NCBI GenBank assembly: GCA_031409655.1
Contig: JANNXQ010000047.1
Span: forward strand, 1 to 50,064
Length of the DNA stretch: 50,064 bases
Direction of reading: 5' to 3'
DNA from: Chthoniobacteraceae bacterium
GTDB taxonomy: Bacteria; Verrucomicrobiota; Verrucomicrobiia; Chthoniobacterales; Chthoniobacteraceae
Below the pieces are notes generated by a model. The model saw only the letters and a list, made by a program, of their open reading frames with translations, had not been told where the DNA came from and did no database searches. Shown here in pieces: positions 38,602-47,896 of the stretch; within the stretch, counting starts at the first letter, position 1, and each line of letters begins with the position of its first letter. Position numbers and translations under genes: made by a program.

Positions 38602-39055
38602 GATTTAGGATTTAACAATTGGATGTTTGACGCTGCGCGTGATGGACAAGGACGAACTCAAGCTGCGAACGAAAGCCTTTGGGCTTCGTGTGATGAAATT
38701 GGTGCGCGCGATGCCCAAGGACGTGGTGGGGCGTACTTTGGCCGGTCAACTGATTCGGTCCGGAACGTCCGTCGGTGCAAATTACCGATCCGCCTGTCGA
38801 GGCAGATCGAAAGCAGAATGGCTGGCCAAACTCGGGATCTGTCTGGAAGAAGCCGATGAGAGTGCCCACTGGCTGGAGCTCATCATGGAGGACGGAATGC
38901 TCCCGAGGAAACGCGTCGAACCACTCTGGAAGGAAGCCGACGAACTCTGCGCGATCTTCTTCACCGCGATTCAATCCGGGCGCGCGTAGTCCAACGCTTC
39001 CGCGCGAAGCGCCTCGCTTCCAAATGCTAAATGTTAAATCCTAATTCCTAAATGC
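38594..39055. mobile_element. Four-helix-bundle cassette bounded by inverted 7-bp repeats (GGATTTA/TAAATCC)
   Basis: Left GCATTTA-GGATTTA-GGATTTA-ACAATTG; reverse complement of right GCATTTA-GGAATTA-GGATTTA-ACATTTA-GCATTTG; mobility is inferred. Confidence 0.6.
38642..38989 (+). CDS. Four helix bundle protein (TIGR02436 family)
   Basis: LKLRTKAFGLRVMKL..QLIRSGTSVGANYRSACRGRSKAEWLAKLGICLEEADES..WLEL. Confidence 0.93.
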   Translation: MDKDELKLRTKAFGLRVMKLVRAMPKDVVGRTLAGQLIRSGTSVGANYRSACRGRSKAEWLAKLGICLEEADESAHWLELIMEDGMLPRKRVEPLWKEADELCAIFFTAIQSGRA

Positions 39056-39058
39056 CCG

Positions 39059-39622
39059 ATGCTCCTCGTCCTCGATAACTACGATTCCTTCACCTACAAC
39101 CTCGTGCAGTATTTCGGCGAGTTGGGGGCCGAGATTTTGGTGAAGCGAAATGACGAGATCACGCTTGCGGAGATTGCTGCCCTGAAGCCGGAGCGGATCG
39201 TCATTTCACCTGGGCCATGCACGCCGAATGAGGCGGGCATCAGTTGCGAGGTGATCCGCGAGTTCGGGGAGCACACCCCGCTCCTTGGTGTCTGTCTCGG
39301 GCATCAATGCATCGGTCACGTCTTCGGCGGCGACGTGGTGCGGGCGGATCGGCTGATGCATGGGAAGACGTCGCCCATCCTGCACCACGGACAGGGCGTT
39401 TTTGCCGGGCTGCCAAATCCTTTTGAGGCCACGCGCTACCACTCGCTGCTGGTGAAGCGCGACACTTTCCCGGCCGCGCTGGAGATCACGGCGGAGACGG
39501 CGGAAAAGGAAGTGATGGGCCTCCGCCATCGCACCTTCCCGATCCACGGCGTGCAGTTCCATCCCGAGTCGATCCTCACCGTCGAAGGCAAGTCGCTCCT
39601 GCGAAACTTCCTCACACTCTGA
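39059..39622 (+). CDS. trpG: Anthranilate synthase/ADC synthase glutamine amidotransferase
   Basis: [35 protein letters not shown]. Confidence 0.95.
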   Translation: MLLVLDNYDSFTYNLVQYFGELGAEILVKRNDEITLAEIAALKPERIVISPGPCTPNEAGISCEVIREFGEHTPLLGVCLGHQCIGHVFGGDVVRADRLMHGKTSPILHHGQGVFAGLPNPFEATRYHSLLVKRDTFPAALEITAETAEKEVMGLRHRTFPIHGVQFHPESILTVEGKSLLRNFLTL

Positions 39623-39628
39623 GCGGCG

Positions 39629-40627
39629 TTACTTTTTGCCCTCGCCGCCGCCCATCATCGCCTTGCCCATTTTCATCCCCATCTCCTGCATATCGAGCAT
39701 CTGCTTTTGTGCAGTCTCAAAGGAGACGACCTGATCCGCGGAGAGCAGTGTCCGGGCGCGGGTCAGGACGCGCTGATTCATGTCCCGCTGGCTGGCCATC
39801 GCCTTTTCGAAGCCCTCTCCGCTCCGGAGCGCTTTCATCGCTCCGGTCACGTCCTTGCTACCCGCATCGAGCGGCGTCGCCGGTTGCCGCAGACGCTCTT
39901 CAGTCATGATGCCGAGGAGCGCCTTGCGTTGCCCGTCATCCAGGGGAGTGCCCGAGCCACTCAAGCTTTGTTGATATTGCTGGAGCGTCATCCGCTCGCC
40001 AACCGTCCGCTCGTAGTCCTCAAATTTCTTCATCCGCTCTTCGCCGAGAATGTTCTTAATCTCGGCGTCGTACTCCGACTTTGATTTTTGAGCGTCGGCC
40101 GCATTCGCTGCGAGTTTCGCTTCGTCGCCGTCACTCCCGAGCGCCTTGGCGCTCATATCCAGTTGCCGATCGGCGAGCAGATCAAAGACAAGATTGGCGT
40201 CCTGCGAAGAGAGCCCGAGTTCCTTTGCCAGATCGCTATACATCATCCGAATGCCAAAGGCCTGTTGCGCCCGCATCGATTTCTTCATCTCGGGATCGTT
40301 GAACATCTTCGCGATTCCCTTGAGCCAGTTTCCGTCCGGCTTCTTCGCCGCCTGCGCAGGGTCAGCGCCCTCAGTTCCGGGTGCGGCCACTTCCTTCTTT
40401 TGCTCCACGAGCTTTTGCCGGAGTTGTTCGGACTCACTCTTAAAGATCTCGTTCTGCTCCTGCACTTTCGCGATCCGCGCCTCGCTCGCCGTCGCCTGCA
40501 CCGTTAGCTCTTGCTGCCTGGAGTCGAGTTGTGCCTGGAGCTTTTTGTTTGCGGAAACTTCGCCAAACAGCGCGATGGCGAGGCCCAGCGAGAGCAGGGC
40601 AAGGAGGAGTGTGATGGGCGTCTTCAT
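39629..40627 (-). CDS. N-terminally anchored coiled-coil hypothetical protein
   Basis: TM helix, coiled coil, repeated helical motifs (LGLS, ILGEER, LLSADQ). Confidence 0.7.
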   Translation of the reverse strand: MKTPITLLLALLSLGLAIALFGEVSANKKLQAQLDSRQQELTVQATASEARIAKVQEQNEIFKSESEQLRQKLVEQKKEVAAPGTEGADPAQAAKKPDGNWLKGIAKMFNDPEMKKSMRAQQAFGIRMMYSDLAKELGLSSQDANLVFDLLADRQLDMSAKALGSDGDEAKLAANAADAQKSKSEYDAEIKNILGEERMKKFEDYERTVGERMTLQQYQQSLSGSGTPLDDGQRKALLGIMTEERLRQPATPLDAGSKDVTGAMKALRSGEGFEKAMASQRDMNQRVLTRARTLLSADQVVSFETAQKQMLDMQEMGMKMGKAMMGGGEGKK

Positions 40628-40752
40628 AGTGTGGGAACAATCCCAACTGGGATGGTAAAGGACGGGAGCGGCGGCACCAGCCCCGAAAAATACCAATGGC
40701 CCCCCGCCTTTCGACGGAGGGCCATGCAAAGAAGTGGTGGCGGTGACGGCGC

Positions 40753-41712
40753 TCAGATCGCGCCAGGCGGCTGGCCCTGCGGCGGAGGGCCGCCGTGTGG
40801 TCGCGGGCCATCCTGCTGACGCCGGAAATCCTGCGGACCCATCGGCGGACGGTCGCCGTTGCGGTCGCCGCCCCATTGTGGTGGCTGGCGATCTGGACCG
40901 TGCGGGCCGCTTTGAGGCGGGGTGCCGTGGCGTCGTCCCAGATCCGAGCCAGGGTGCTGCGATCCGCGGTTCATTGGGCCGGATTGGGCAGAAGGTCCAC
41001 GATTCCAGGGAGCGGCTTCCGGCGCTCGGTCTCCGCTGGGCTGCGGCGGGCGTTGCATCCCCTCGATGCGCGGGGCCATCCGCTGATCACTAGGGCGCTG
41101 GCTGCGCTGGGCGAGTCGCTTGGTGATTTCCGCGCTCCGATCCATTTGTCCACGTCCCCAATGGCGATCATCACCTTGCGCCCGGGCATCTCCCTGCGGC
41201 TTCCTCGCTGCTGACCCATCGCGGCGTGGCTCACTCTTCGGAGAATTCTGCGGGCCGCCTTGGGTGGCGCGATCTCCGTCCGGTCGGCGATCTCGCAGCG
41301 CATCGGGGCGAGCCTGTTCGCGGCCTTCGTTCGACTTCTCTCGATCACCCGCGCCTCGCGCCGGGCCGGAACGGGCATTCCCATCCCGACGCTCGTCATT
41401 TCCGCGTTCGGTCTGGCTCGGCCGATCGCCAGGCGAGCGGAGTTCGTCTGGGGTCACCTTGCCGTCTTTGTTCCGGTCCATGCCGCGCAGCACGTCGGCG
41501 GCTCTTGCGAGTTCGTCGGAGTCGAGCGCGCCGTCCCGGTTTGCGTCGAGCCCGGCGAAAAATCCGGGTGCCGGCGGCGGCCCGTCGCGGCGCGGGCCGG
41601 ATTCACGACTGGGCTCCGGCGGACGTTGCGGTGCAGGGTTGTCTTGCGCAAACATCGGGACCGCCACGAAGGCGACCGCGAGTGCGAGGAAGGAGGTGGA
41701 CTTGGGGATCAT
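40753..41712 (-). CDS. Secreted EF-hand protein with disordered G/P/R/Q tail
   Basis: Signal peptide; LDANRDGALDSDEL and MDRNKDGKVTPDEL. Confidence 0.8.
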   Translation of the reverse strand: MIPKSTSFLALAVAFVAVPMFAQDNPAPQRPPEPSRESGPRRDGPPPAPGFFAGLDANRDGALDSDELARAADVLRGMDRNKDGKVTPDELRSPGDRPSQTERGNDERRDGNARSGPARGAGDREKSNEGREQARPDALRDRRPDGDRATQGGPQNSPKSEPRRDGSAARKPQGDARAQGDDRHWGRGQMDRSAEITKRLAQRSQRPSDQRMAPRIEGMQRPPQPSGDRAPEAAPWNRGPSAQSGPMNRGSQHPGSDLGRRHGTPPQSGPHGPDRQPPQWGGDRNGDRPPMGPQDFRRQQDGPRPHGGPPPQGQPPGAI

Positions 41713-41923
41713 GGATTTTGGGCCTTTGGGAAGTGGCGCGTGGAGCGCCTGGGTTCGCCCTCATAACGCCACGTCGTGAGGTTTTTGTGTGCCCCAGCGC
41801 GGTCCGATCTTGAGGGCAGAAAGGTGTTGCCTTTCGGGATGAAGACGCGGCATATTTTGCCGGTCTCGCCGAGGGGAGACCCGGCCCCCCTCAAAACTGT
41901 CGAAACCAGAAAGCCCGTTTCCG

Positions 41924-43006
41924 ATGAAAAAGAACCCTTCGCTCCGTCGTGGTCTGCCCGCCTTCGTGACCCTGATGCTTGGCGCGGCTGCCCCGGCGAC
42001 CTTTGCCCAGACCACGGCGGCTTCCGCTCCCTTTGCTTTCATTCCGCTGACGGTTGCCGGGGGCGGTTCCGTCGCTTCCCCCAAGCTCTCGCTGATCTCG
42101 CCGACGGTCACGCAACCCATCGCCTGGCAGGGGGCGATCTCTGGAGTCGCGACCGCCGGCGGCACCACCATCATCTCCGTCGCAGGCGCTCCGTGGACGG
42201 CCAATCGGTTCAACGGTGCGAACGGGAACTACTACGCGGAAATCGTGACGGCTCCCGCCAATACGCACGCCACTGGAGCGCTCGCGGTGATCACGGCCAC
42301 TGCGACAGGCGCGATCACCGTCACCGGAAATCTCACGAGCCCCAGCGTCTTTGTCGCCACTGGCGATTTACTCCGCATTCGGAAGGAGATGACCATCAAC
42401 GACGTCTTTGGAGCGGCCAATACGGCTGGGTTCCTGGCGTCGGAAGATCCCTCCTCGGGGGACGAAGTGCTCATCTATGACGGGGCGGCTTCCACCGCAT
42501 ACTTCTACTACAGTGGAGACCTCATCGGGAATGCCGCCGGATGGTATTCCTCGGGAGCGTTTAGCCCTGCGGGAAATGTGGTGATCGGGTCCGACCAGGG
42601 CGTCGTGGTGAAGCGAAAGGCAGCGGCCCCATTGACCTTCACGGCCAATGGCGTGGTGAAGACAGGCCACACCCTCTTTCCAGTCGTGAATGGACTGAAT
42701 GTCTTGGCGACGGTCTCCTCTCAAGGACTGACCCTGGCGGCGAGCGGGCTCTACACCGGGGATGCCGCGACCGGAGTGAAGCCATCCGACGATCCTACCA
42801 GCGCGGACGAAATCACGATCTACGGAGCTTCTGGTCCAGAGAAGTTCTTTTACTACACCGGGGTCGGCCACCCCGCCGGCTGGTACACCTCTGGGGCGTT
42901 CGTGCCCGCGGATTCGGTGGTCATCGCTCCCGGCACCGCGTTTGTCTTGCAGCGAAAGGGCGGCCCTTCCTTCAACTGGTCTCTGCCGGCTCCAAGCTCT
43001 TTTTGA
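41924..43006 (+). CDS. TIGR02597-like Verrucomicrobial exported protein
   Basis: Signal peptide; two repeats DEVLIYD..YFYY..GW..VVI..GVVVKRK / DEITIYG..FFYY..GW..VVI..AFVLQRK. Confidence 0.65.
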   Translation: MKKNPSLRRGLPAFVTLMLGAAAPATFAQTTAASAPFAFIPLTVAGGGSVASPKLSLISPTVTQPIAWQGAISGVATAGGTTIISVAGAPWTANRFNGANGNYYAEIVTAPANTHATGALAVITATATGAITVTGNLTSPSVFVATGDLLRIRKEMTINDVFGAANTAGFLASEDPSSGDEVLIYDGAASTAYFYYSGDLIGNAAGWYSSGAFSPAGNVVIGSDQGVVVKRKAAAPLTFTANGVVKTGHTLFPVVNGLNVLATVSSQGLTLAASGLYTGDAATGVKPSDDPTSADEITIYGASGPEKFFYYTGVGHPAGWYTSGAFVPADSVVIAPGTAFVLQRKGGPSFNWSLPAPSSF

Positions 43007-43173
43007 CGGACGACCGGGCGGCACTTCCTACTCGTGAAAAAATCAGCGGGTTTGGGACGGGGGGCGGGAATTCGACCGCGCGATTCCCCACGAGCAAGGC
43101 CAGCATCGGGATGACGGTGACCGTTGCAGAATAGGCAAGGCCCGGACTCCCTCTCTGGAAAGTCGGTAAAGCG

Positions 43174-45153
43174 TCACCGACCCTGCTTCTTTTGCAGTTC
43201 GGTGACTTCTTCCGGAGTCAGCCGACGCTTCCCTCCGGAAGATGGCACGGCCTGCTGATTCCCCGAAGGCGGCGGTGGCTGCTGGATGATGGGGGCCTGG
43301 CGTTTCATGACCGGCGCCTGGCGCTCGATCTTTGGGGGTTGCTGAATTGGCGCGGCTGGTTGGCGGCGAGCGGACTCGACCTGGAGTTGGCGGGCGTTCT
43401 GGCTGGCCTGTTCGCGGCGGACGGCGTCGCTTTGCTGTTTGCGGGCGGCGTCGGCGGCTTGTTTCTGGCGGGAGGAGTCGATCTGCCGCTGGCGGGCGAT
43501 GGCTTCCGAGGCGTCTGGCTTGCGGATGGTGTCCACGGGCTTAGGGCGGGATTGCTCCATCTGACGCTGGCGGGTGGCCGCCTGCGAGGCTTCCTGTTTG
43601 CGGGAAAATTCCGCCGCCGCTTCCCGGCGCTTCAATTCCGCGCCCGCGTCGTTTTGCTTCTTCATGGAATCCTGCACCGCCCGCTGGCGTTCGATCGTGG
43701 CGCTGCGCTCCTTTTGCTCAGCGAGAGCGCGCGGGCGATCGACGGCGTCGCGGGCTTTGTCCGCAGCGTCGGACTTGCTGGCCTTGGGCTTTTCGAGCGG
43801 AGTGCGTTCGATCGGCTCCGCCGTAAATTTTTTGACCGGCGCAGGCGGCCTCGCGGCCTCGACCGTCGTCGGCCGAGGAGCCGTCCGCACCTTTGGGTTC
43901 GTTACCACGGGCTTCGTCTCCGGCAGCTTCGTGATCGTGCGTTCCTCCAGCTTCTTTTGCTCCACCACTGCTGGTGCGGGGGCATTCTCGCCAGGCTTGG
44001 TATCTTCACGGGCTTTTTGACGGTTGAGCTTTTCCAGCATCCGTGGATCCACGGGCTTGACCACCACCGGTTGGTCCGCGCCGCTCACTGGCTTGTCCGT
44101 TTGGGGCAGCACAGGCGCGCCGCGCTGCTTCGCCGTCTTCACAGGCGAAGGTGCGGTCGGGTCCGCTTTGCTCGGCACGGGCTTCAGGTCCACGGGTTGC
44201 ACCCGGCGCGCAGGGGCGTTTTCGGGCGAGAGATTCTTCGCGTCCTGCCGCAGTTTCGTGCGGATCGTCGCCTGAGCTTCGGGATCTTTCACCCCGGCCC
44301 AGCCCTTGTTGATCTTATCGGCAGAAATCGTCCGCACTGGCTGCGGGCGGATGAGACCTTCCGTCCGCGCGGCAACCCGTGGCGCGAGGACGGCGAGTTG
44401 GTTGCCCCGCTGCACCGAGTTAAAGACGTTCACCTGCTTGATGTTGATGTTGGTGATGTTCGTATTGCGCACCAGCTTGAGCGCCGGGATCGGGCGATTC
44501 ACGAAACGGTTCACCACGAGGAAACTCGGGCCGCCGCAGTGGACGAGTCCGCCGTAGCCACCGCCCTCATAGTAAGAGATGTTCGTCACATTCGACGTGC
44601 TGATGATGATGGTGGGATTTTCAAAGCGGCTGATGATGTGTGGCCGGAGATAGGGCTCACCGAAGTTTTGCACGCGGCAGAAATTGTAACGCGAAGGACC
44701 AATGTCGTAGGTGGCATCGACCCAGACGCTGATGCCGGTGTCGCGGCGCCAGCGCGCCTCCGGGGGCAGGGGAGCCCAGCCGACGTAATCGTCATTGGAG
44801 CGCCACGACACCCAGGCCGGAGCCCATTCATCGTCCGGCACCCAGCACCAGCCCTCATCTTCCACCTGCACCCAGCGCCCATAGTGATAGACGATGCCGC
44901 CGAAGTCTTCGTAACTGACCCACGTCCACCCACCATCCGTGTAGCTCCAGTAGCCATCCGAGTACGGACTCCAGTCCGCATCGACGCGCGAAGGCCGCCA
45001 GCAGGAGCCGTAGTCACCCACTTCGATCCACTCTCCATAGGGCGAGAGCGAGTCGTAGAAAAAGTCAAAGGAGACGTCCGCCCGCGCCAGCGCCGCGCGC
45101 GGCGCGGCAAAGGCGAAGAGGCAGACGAGGAGGAACAGGGGTTTGAGTTTCAT
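43174..45153 (-). CDS. DUF6600-like Trp-rich secreted protein with long low-complexity tail
   Basis: FYDSLSPYGEW, WSPYSDGYW, WTWVS, YHYGRW, WAPAWVSWR, GWAPLPP. Confidence 0.8.
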   Translation of the reverse strand: MKLKPLFLLVCLFAFAAPRAALARADVSFDFFYDSLSPYGEWIEVGDYGSCWRPSRVDADWSPYSDGYWSYTDGGWTWVSYEDFGGIVYHYGRWVQVEDEGWCWVPDDEWAPAWVSWRSNDDYVGWAPLPPEARWRRDTGISVWVDATYDIGPSRYNFCRVQNFGEPYLRPHIISRFENPTIIISTSNVTNISYYEGGGYGGLVHCGGPSFLVVNRFVNRPIPALKLVRNTNITNINIKQVNVFNSVQRGNQLAVLAPRVAARTEGLIRPQPVRTISADKINKGWAGVKDPEAQATIRTKLRQDAKNLSPENAPARRVQPVDLKPVPSKADPTAPSPVKTAKQRGAPVLPQTDKPVSGADQPVVVKPVDPRMLEKLNRQKAREDTKPGENAPAPAVVEQKKLEERTITKLPETKPVVTNPKVRTAPRPTTVEAARPPAPVKKFTAEPIERTPLEKPKASKSDAADKARDAVDRPRALAEQKERSATIERQRAVQDSMKKQNDAGAELKRREAAAEFSRKQEASQAATRQRQMEQSRPKPVDTIRKPDASEAIARQRQIDSSRQKQAADAARKQQSDAVRREQASQNARQLQVESARRQPAAPIQQPPKIERQAPVMKRQAPIIQQPPPPSGNQQAVPSSGGKRRLTPEEVTELQKKQGR

Positions 45154-45243
45154 GGCGATGCTGCGGGTGATGGGCGTCAGACTGGCGCGAGGGTGGAAAC
45201 ATTCACACGATTCCGGGGAAATGCGCGGGTAGAATGACGGAGT

Positions 45244-45285
45244 AACAGCGAACGTCCAACGTCGAACATGGAACATGGAACGATT
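45244..45285. repeat. Solo array of six 7-bp units
   Basis: AACAGCG-AACGTCC-AACGTCG-AACATGG-AACATGG-AACGATT. Confidence 0.6.
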
Positions 45286-45377
45286 CCGATCCGCTCGGCA
45301 GTCGGGCCGGCGTGAATATTCCGGGGGTTTGGAGATTCCATTGGCCGATGCGACAGAGCGCGGTAAATTTTGGCACC

Positions 45378-46802
45378 ATGAACCAACCCCTTCAGCCGTC
45401 TGTCCGCGGCTCGGTGATCGCCCTATTTTCAGCCGCGCTCGCCTTCCTTTCGACGCTCGCCGAGGCCGCACCGAATGTCGTGACCATCGGCGACAGTCTC
45501 ACCGCGGAGTACGATACCATCCCGGACATCCCTGGCTTCCCGGATGAGGCGACGGCCTATGCGCAGGTGACGACGAAGGGCTGGGAAGCGATGAGTTGGG
45601 TGGAGGTGCTGGCGCGCTTGCAGAAGGGCTATTTCAATTTCGGCGGCGCGCGCGCTCTCTCCTCGCCATGGAATGTGCCGCGCCTCAGTGGCTATGAGTA
45701 CAATTGGGGCATCCCGGGCATTGAGGCCGGGCAGTATGAGGATTTTGTGACGAGCACGGTGCTGCAAAATTTTGCCTACTACTCCCTCCGGCAGCCGCTG
45801 GAGGATCAGCTCAAGAGCCGCGCCAGCCGGGTGGTGATTTGGCTCGGGGGAAATGAATTCCGCGCGAACTACGGAAAACTTTACGACGGCGGGGACAGCA
45901 CTCGGCTGATCGATGGGCTGATCGACGATCTCGGACGCATCGTCGATTTTGTGAAGAAGAAGAACTCCCGCGCGCAAATCGTGATCGCGAACATTCCCGA
46001 CCTCGGCGCCACGCCCTCGAAGAAAGCGGCGCATCCCGATGCCGCGAAACGCGCCCTGGTCAGTGCCGCGACGCGGACAGCGAATACGCGGATCGCGCAG
46101 CTCGCGACGAAGAAGGGGATCGGCCTCGCGAATGTCCATGCGCTCACCGATGCGCTGGTGCGGAATGTGCCCCAATTCATCGGCGCGGTGCAGCTCGTCA
46201 ATGCGAAGGATGCGAATAACAGCCCGCGCTATGGCTTTACGCGCGATGGGTTGCATCCCAATACCTGCCTGCAGATCTTCAACGCCCGGAGCATCGCGGC
46301 GGCTTTTAATAAGAAGTACGGCGCGGGCATCCCGGCGATCACCGATGCGCAGGCGCTCACCTTTCTCGGCATCAGCCCGCATCAGCCTTTCTATGACTGG
46401 CTCACCAACAACGGGATCACGGATAAGTCATTCATCGCTGATCCTGACGGCGATGGGGTGCCGGCCCTCGCGGAGTTCATGTTTGGCCTCAAGCCAAAGG
46501 GGAGCGATGCGGAGGATCTGCCGGCGACCATCGGCGGGCCGGTGGCGGGGATCGTCGGGACGAAATCGGTGAGCGTGACCCCGCTGGCTGGCCGCGTGCG
46601 TTACGCCCGCGTCTCGCTCCAGTACTCCGTCGGGGCGACGTGGAAAGACGTGCCCGCCCGAAACGTGGTGAGCAAGGCCAACGGGGCTTTCGTGGCCGTG
46701 GTCCCGCCGACTTCCGGCCCCACGAATCTCCGCCTGAAGCTCGCGACGATTCCACCCGCGGGCTCGACGACGACGGTGGCGGCTTACGTGCGGTTTGAGT
46801 AG
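45378..46802 (+). CDS. Secreted SGNH/GDSL hydrolase
   Basis: IGDSL, WLGGNE, NIPD, DGLHP; C-terminal ADPDGDG..EF.FG..P module. Confidence 0.85.
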   Translation: MNQPLQPSVRGSVIALFSAALAFLSTLAEAAPNVVTIGDSLTAEYDTIPDIPGFPDEATAYAQVTTKGWEAMSWVEVLARLQKGYFNFGGARALSSPWNVPRLSGYEYNWGIPGIEAGQYEDFVTSTVLQNFAYYSLRQPLEDQLKSRASRVVIWLGGNEFRANYGKLYDGGDSTRLIDGLIDDLGRIVDFVKKKNSRAQIVIANIPDLGATPSKKAAHPDAAKRALVSAATRTANTRIAQLATKKGIGLANVHALTDALVRNVPQFIGAVQLVNAKDANNSPRYGFTRDGLHPNTCLQIFNARSIAAAFNKKYGAGIPAITDAQALTFLGISPHQPFYDWLTNNGITDKSFIADPDGDGVPALAEFMFGLKPKGSDAEDLPATIGGPVAGIVGTKSVSVTPLAGRVRYARVSLQYSVGATWKDVPARNVVSKANGAFVAVVPPTSGPTNLRLKLATIPPAGSTTTVAAYVRFE

Positions 46803-46818
46803 CGTCGCGTCCGCGCGG

Positions 46819-47823
46819 TTAGAAATCGAACTGGTCGATATTCTCCTTCGTGAAGACGAAGGGCTTTCCGAGCACGATGTCCGTGCCTTCGAGCTGCAGC
46901 TCGCCGAGCTTGCCGGCCTGGAAGGTCTTCGCACCGGCCTTGAGCTCGCCTTTCGCCGCCGCGACCGCGGCCTGGATGGTGAGGTAGCCGAGGTCCTCAA
47001 CCTTCCAGAGGATCACTGCCTGGGTCACACCGTCCTTCACATATTGACGATTCTCACTCGGCAGCCCAAGGCCGAGCACTTTGACCGCGCCGGTCTTGCC
47101 CGCCTGTTTCACCGCCTCCGCCGCGCCCGGCACCGCGGGCGAGCAGATGGCCATGATGCACTTCAGCCCCGGATACGCGCTCATGAGATTCGCCGCTTCC
47201 TGCTGCGCCTTGTCCTTCTGGTCGTCGCATGGCTTCGTGTCCACGAGCTTCATCTTCGGATACTTCGCCGCGAGCCGCGCCTCGATGAACTTCCGCCACT
47301 CACCCATGTTCGCCGCCGTGAGCGTGGCGGTGATAATCGCAAAGTCTCCCTCCTCGCCGCAGAGCTGCGCCGCGGTATCCATGAGCGTCTCGCCGATGCC
47401 CTGCGCCGTGGCCTGGTTCACGAAAAAGTTGCGCGCGTCGGGCTGCGCATCGCTGTCGTAAGTCACGACCTTGATCCCCTTCGCCTGCGCCTTCTTCAGC
47501 GCGGAGCTGAGCCCGTCGCGATTCTCCGCCGCCGCCGCGATCGCATCCACGCCGAGCGTGATCCAATTCTCCACGATCTCATTCTGCTTGGCCGCATCGG
47601 TATTCGTCGGCCCATCGAAGAGCATCTCCACGCCCAGTTCCGAAGCCGCCGCCCGCGCGCCCTTTTCCACAGTCACAAAGTACTGGTTGCCCTTGCTCTT
47701 GGGCAGTAGCGCGACGGTGAGCTTTTCGCCCGAAGCACCGGTGCCGCCGGCCTCCTTGCCTTTATCGCAACCAGCGAGCAGAGCGAGACCGAGGGCGAGG
47801 AGGAGGGCAGGGGAGTTTTTCAT
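46819..47823 (-). CDS. Sugar/AI-2 ABC transporter substrate-binding lipoprotein (RhaS/LsrB-like)
   Basis: LAGC lipobox; LPKSKGNQYF, VVTYDSD, FFVNQA, GLGLPS, ILW..DLGY, LGKPFVFTKENIDQFDF. Confidence 0.9.
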   Translation of the reverse strand: MKNSPALLLALGLALLAGCDKGKEAGGTGASGEKLTVALLPKSKGNQYFVTVEKGARAAASELGVEMLFDGPTNTDAAKQNEIVENWITLGVDAIAAAAENRDGLSSALKKAQAKGIKVVTYDSDAQPDARNFFVNQATAQGIGETLMDTAAQLCGEEGDFAIITATLTAANMGEWRKFIEARLAAKYPKMKLVDTKPCDDQKDKAQQEAANLMSAYPGLKCIMAICSPAVPGAAEAVKQAGKTGAVKVLGLGLPSENRQYVKDGVTQAVILWKVEDLGYLTIQAAVAAAKGELKAGAKTFQAGKLGELQLEGTDIVLGKPFVFTKENIDQFDF

Positions 47824-47896
47824 GGGGGCAGTGAAAATGCCCGGCGGGGGCCGGGGAGGGCAAGCGTAGAGCGAGCGCTCGACGGGCGTGCGCGGT

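Noticed and set aside
38642..38989. Diversity-generating retroelement (Avd-like gene)
   Set aside because: No reverse transcriptase and no TR/VR pair seen in the window.
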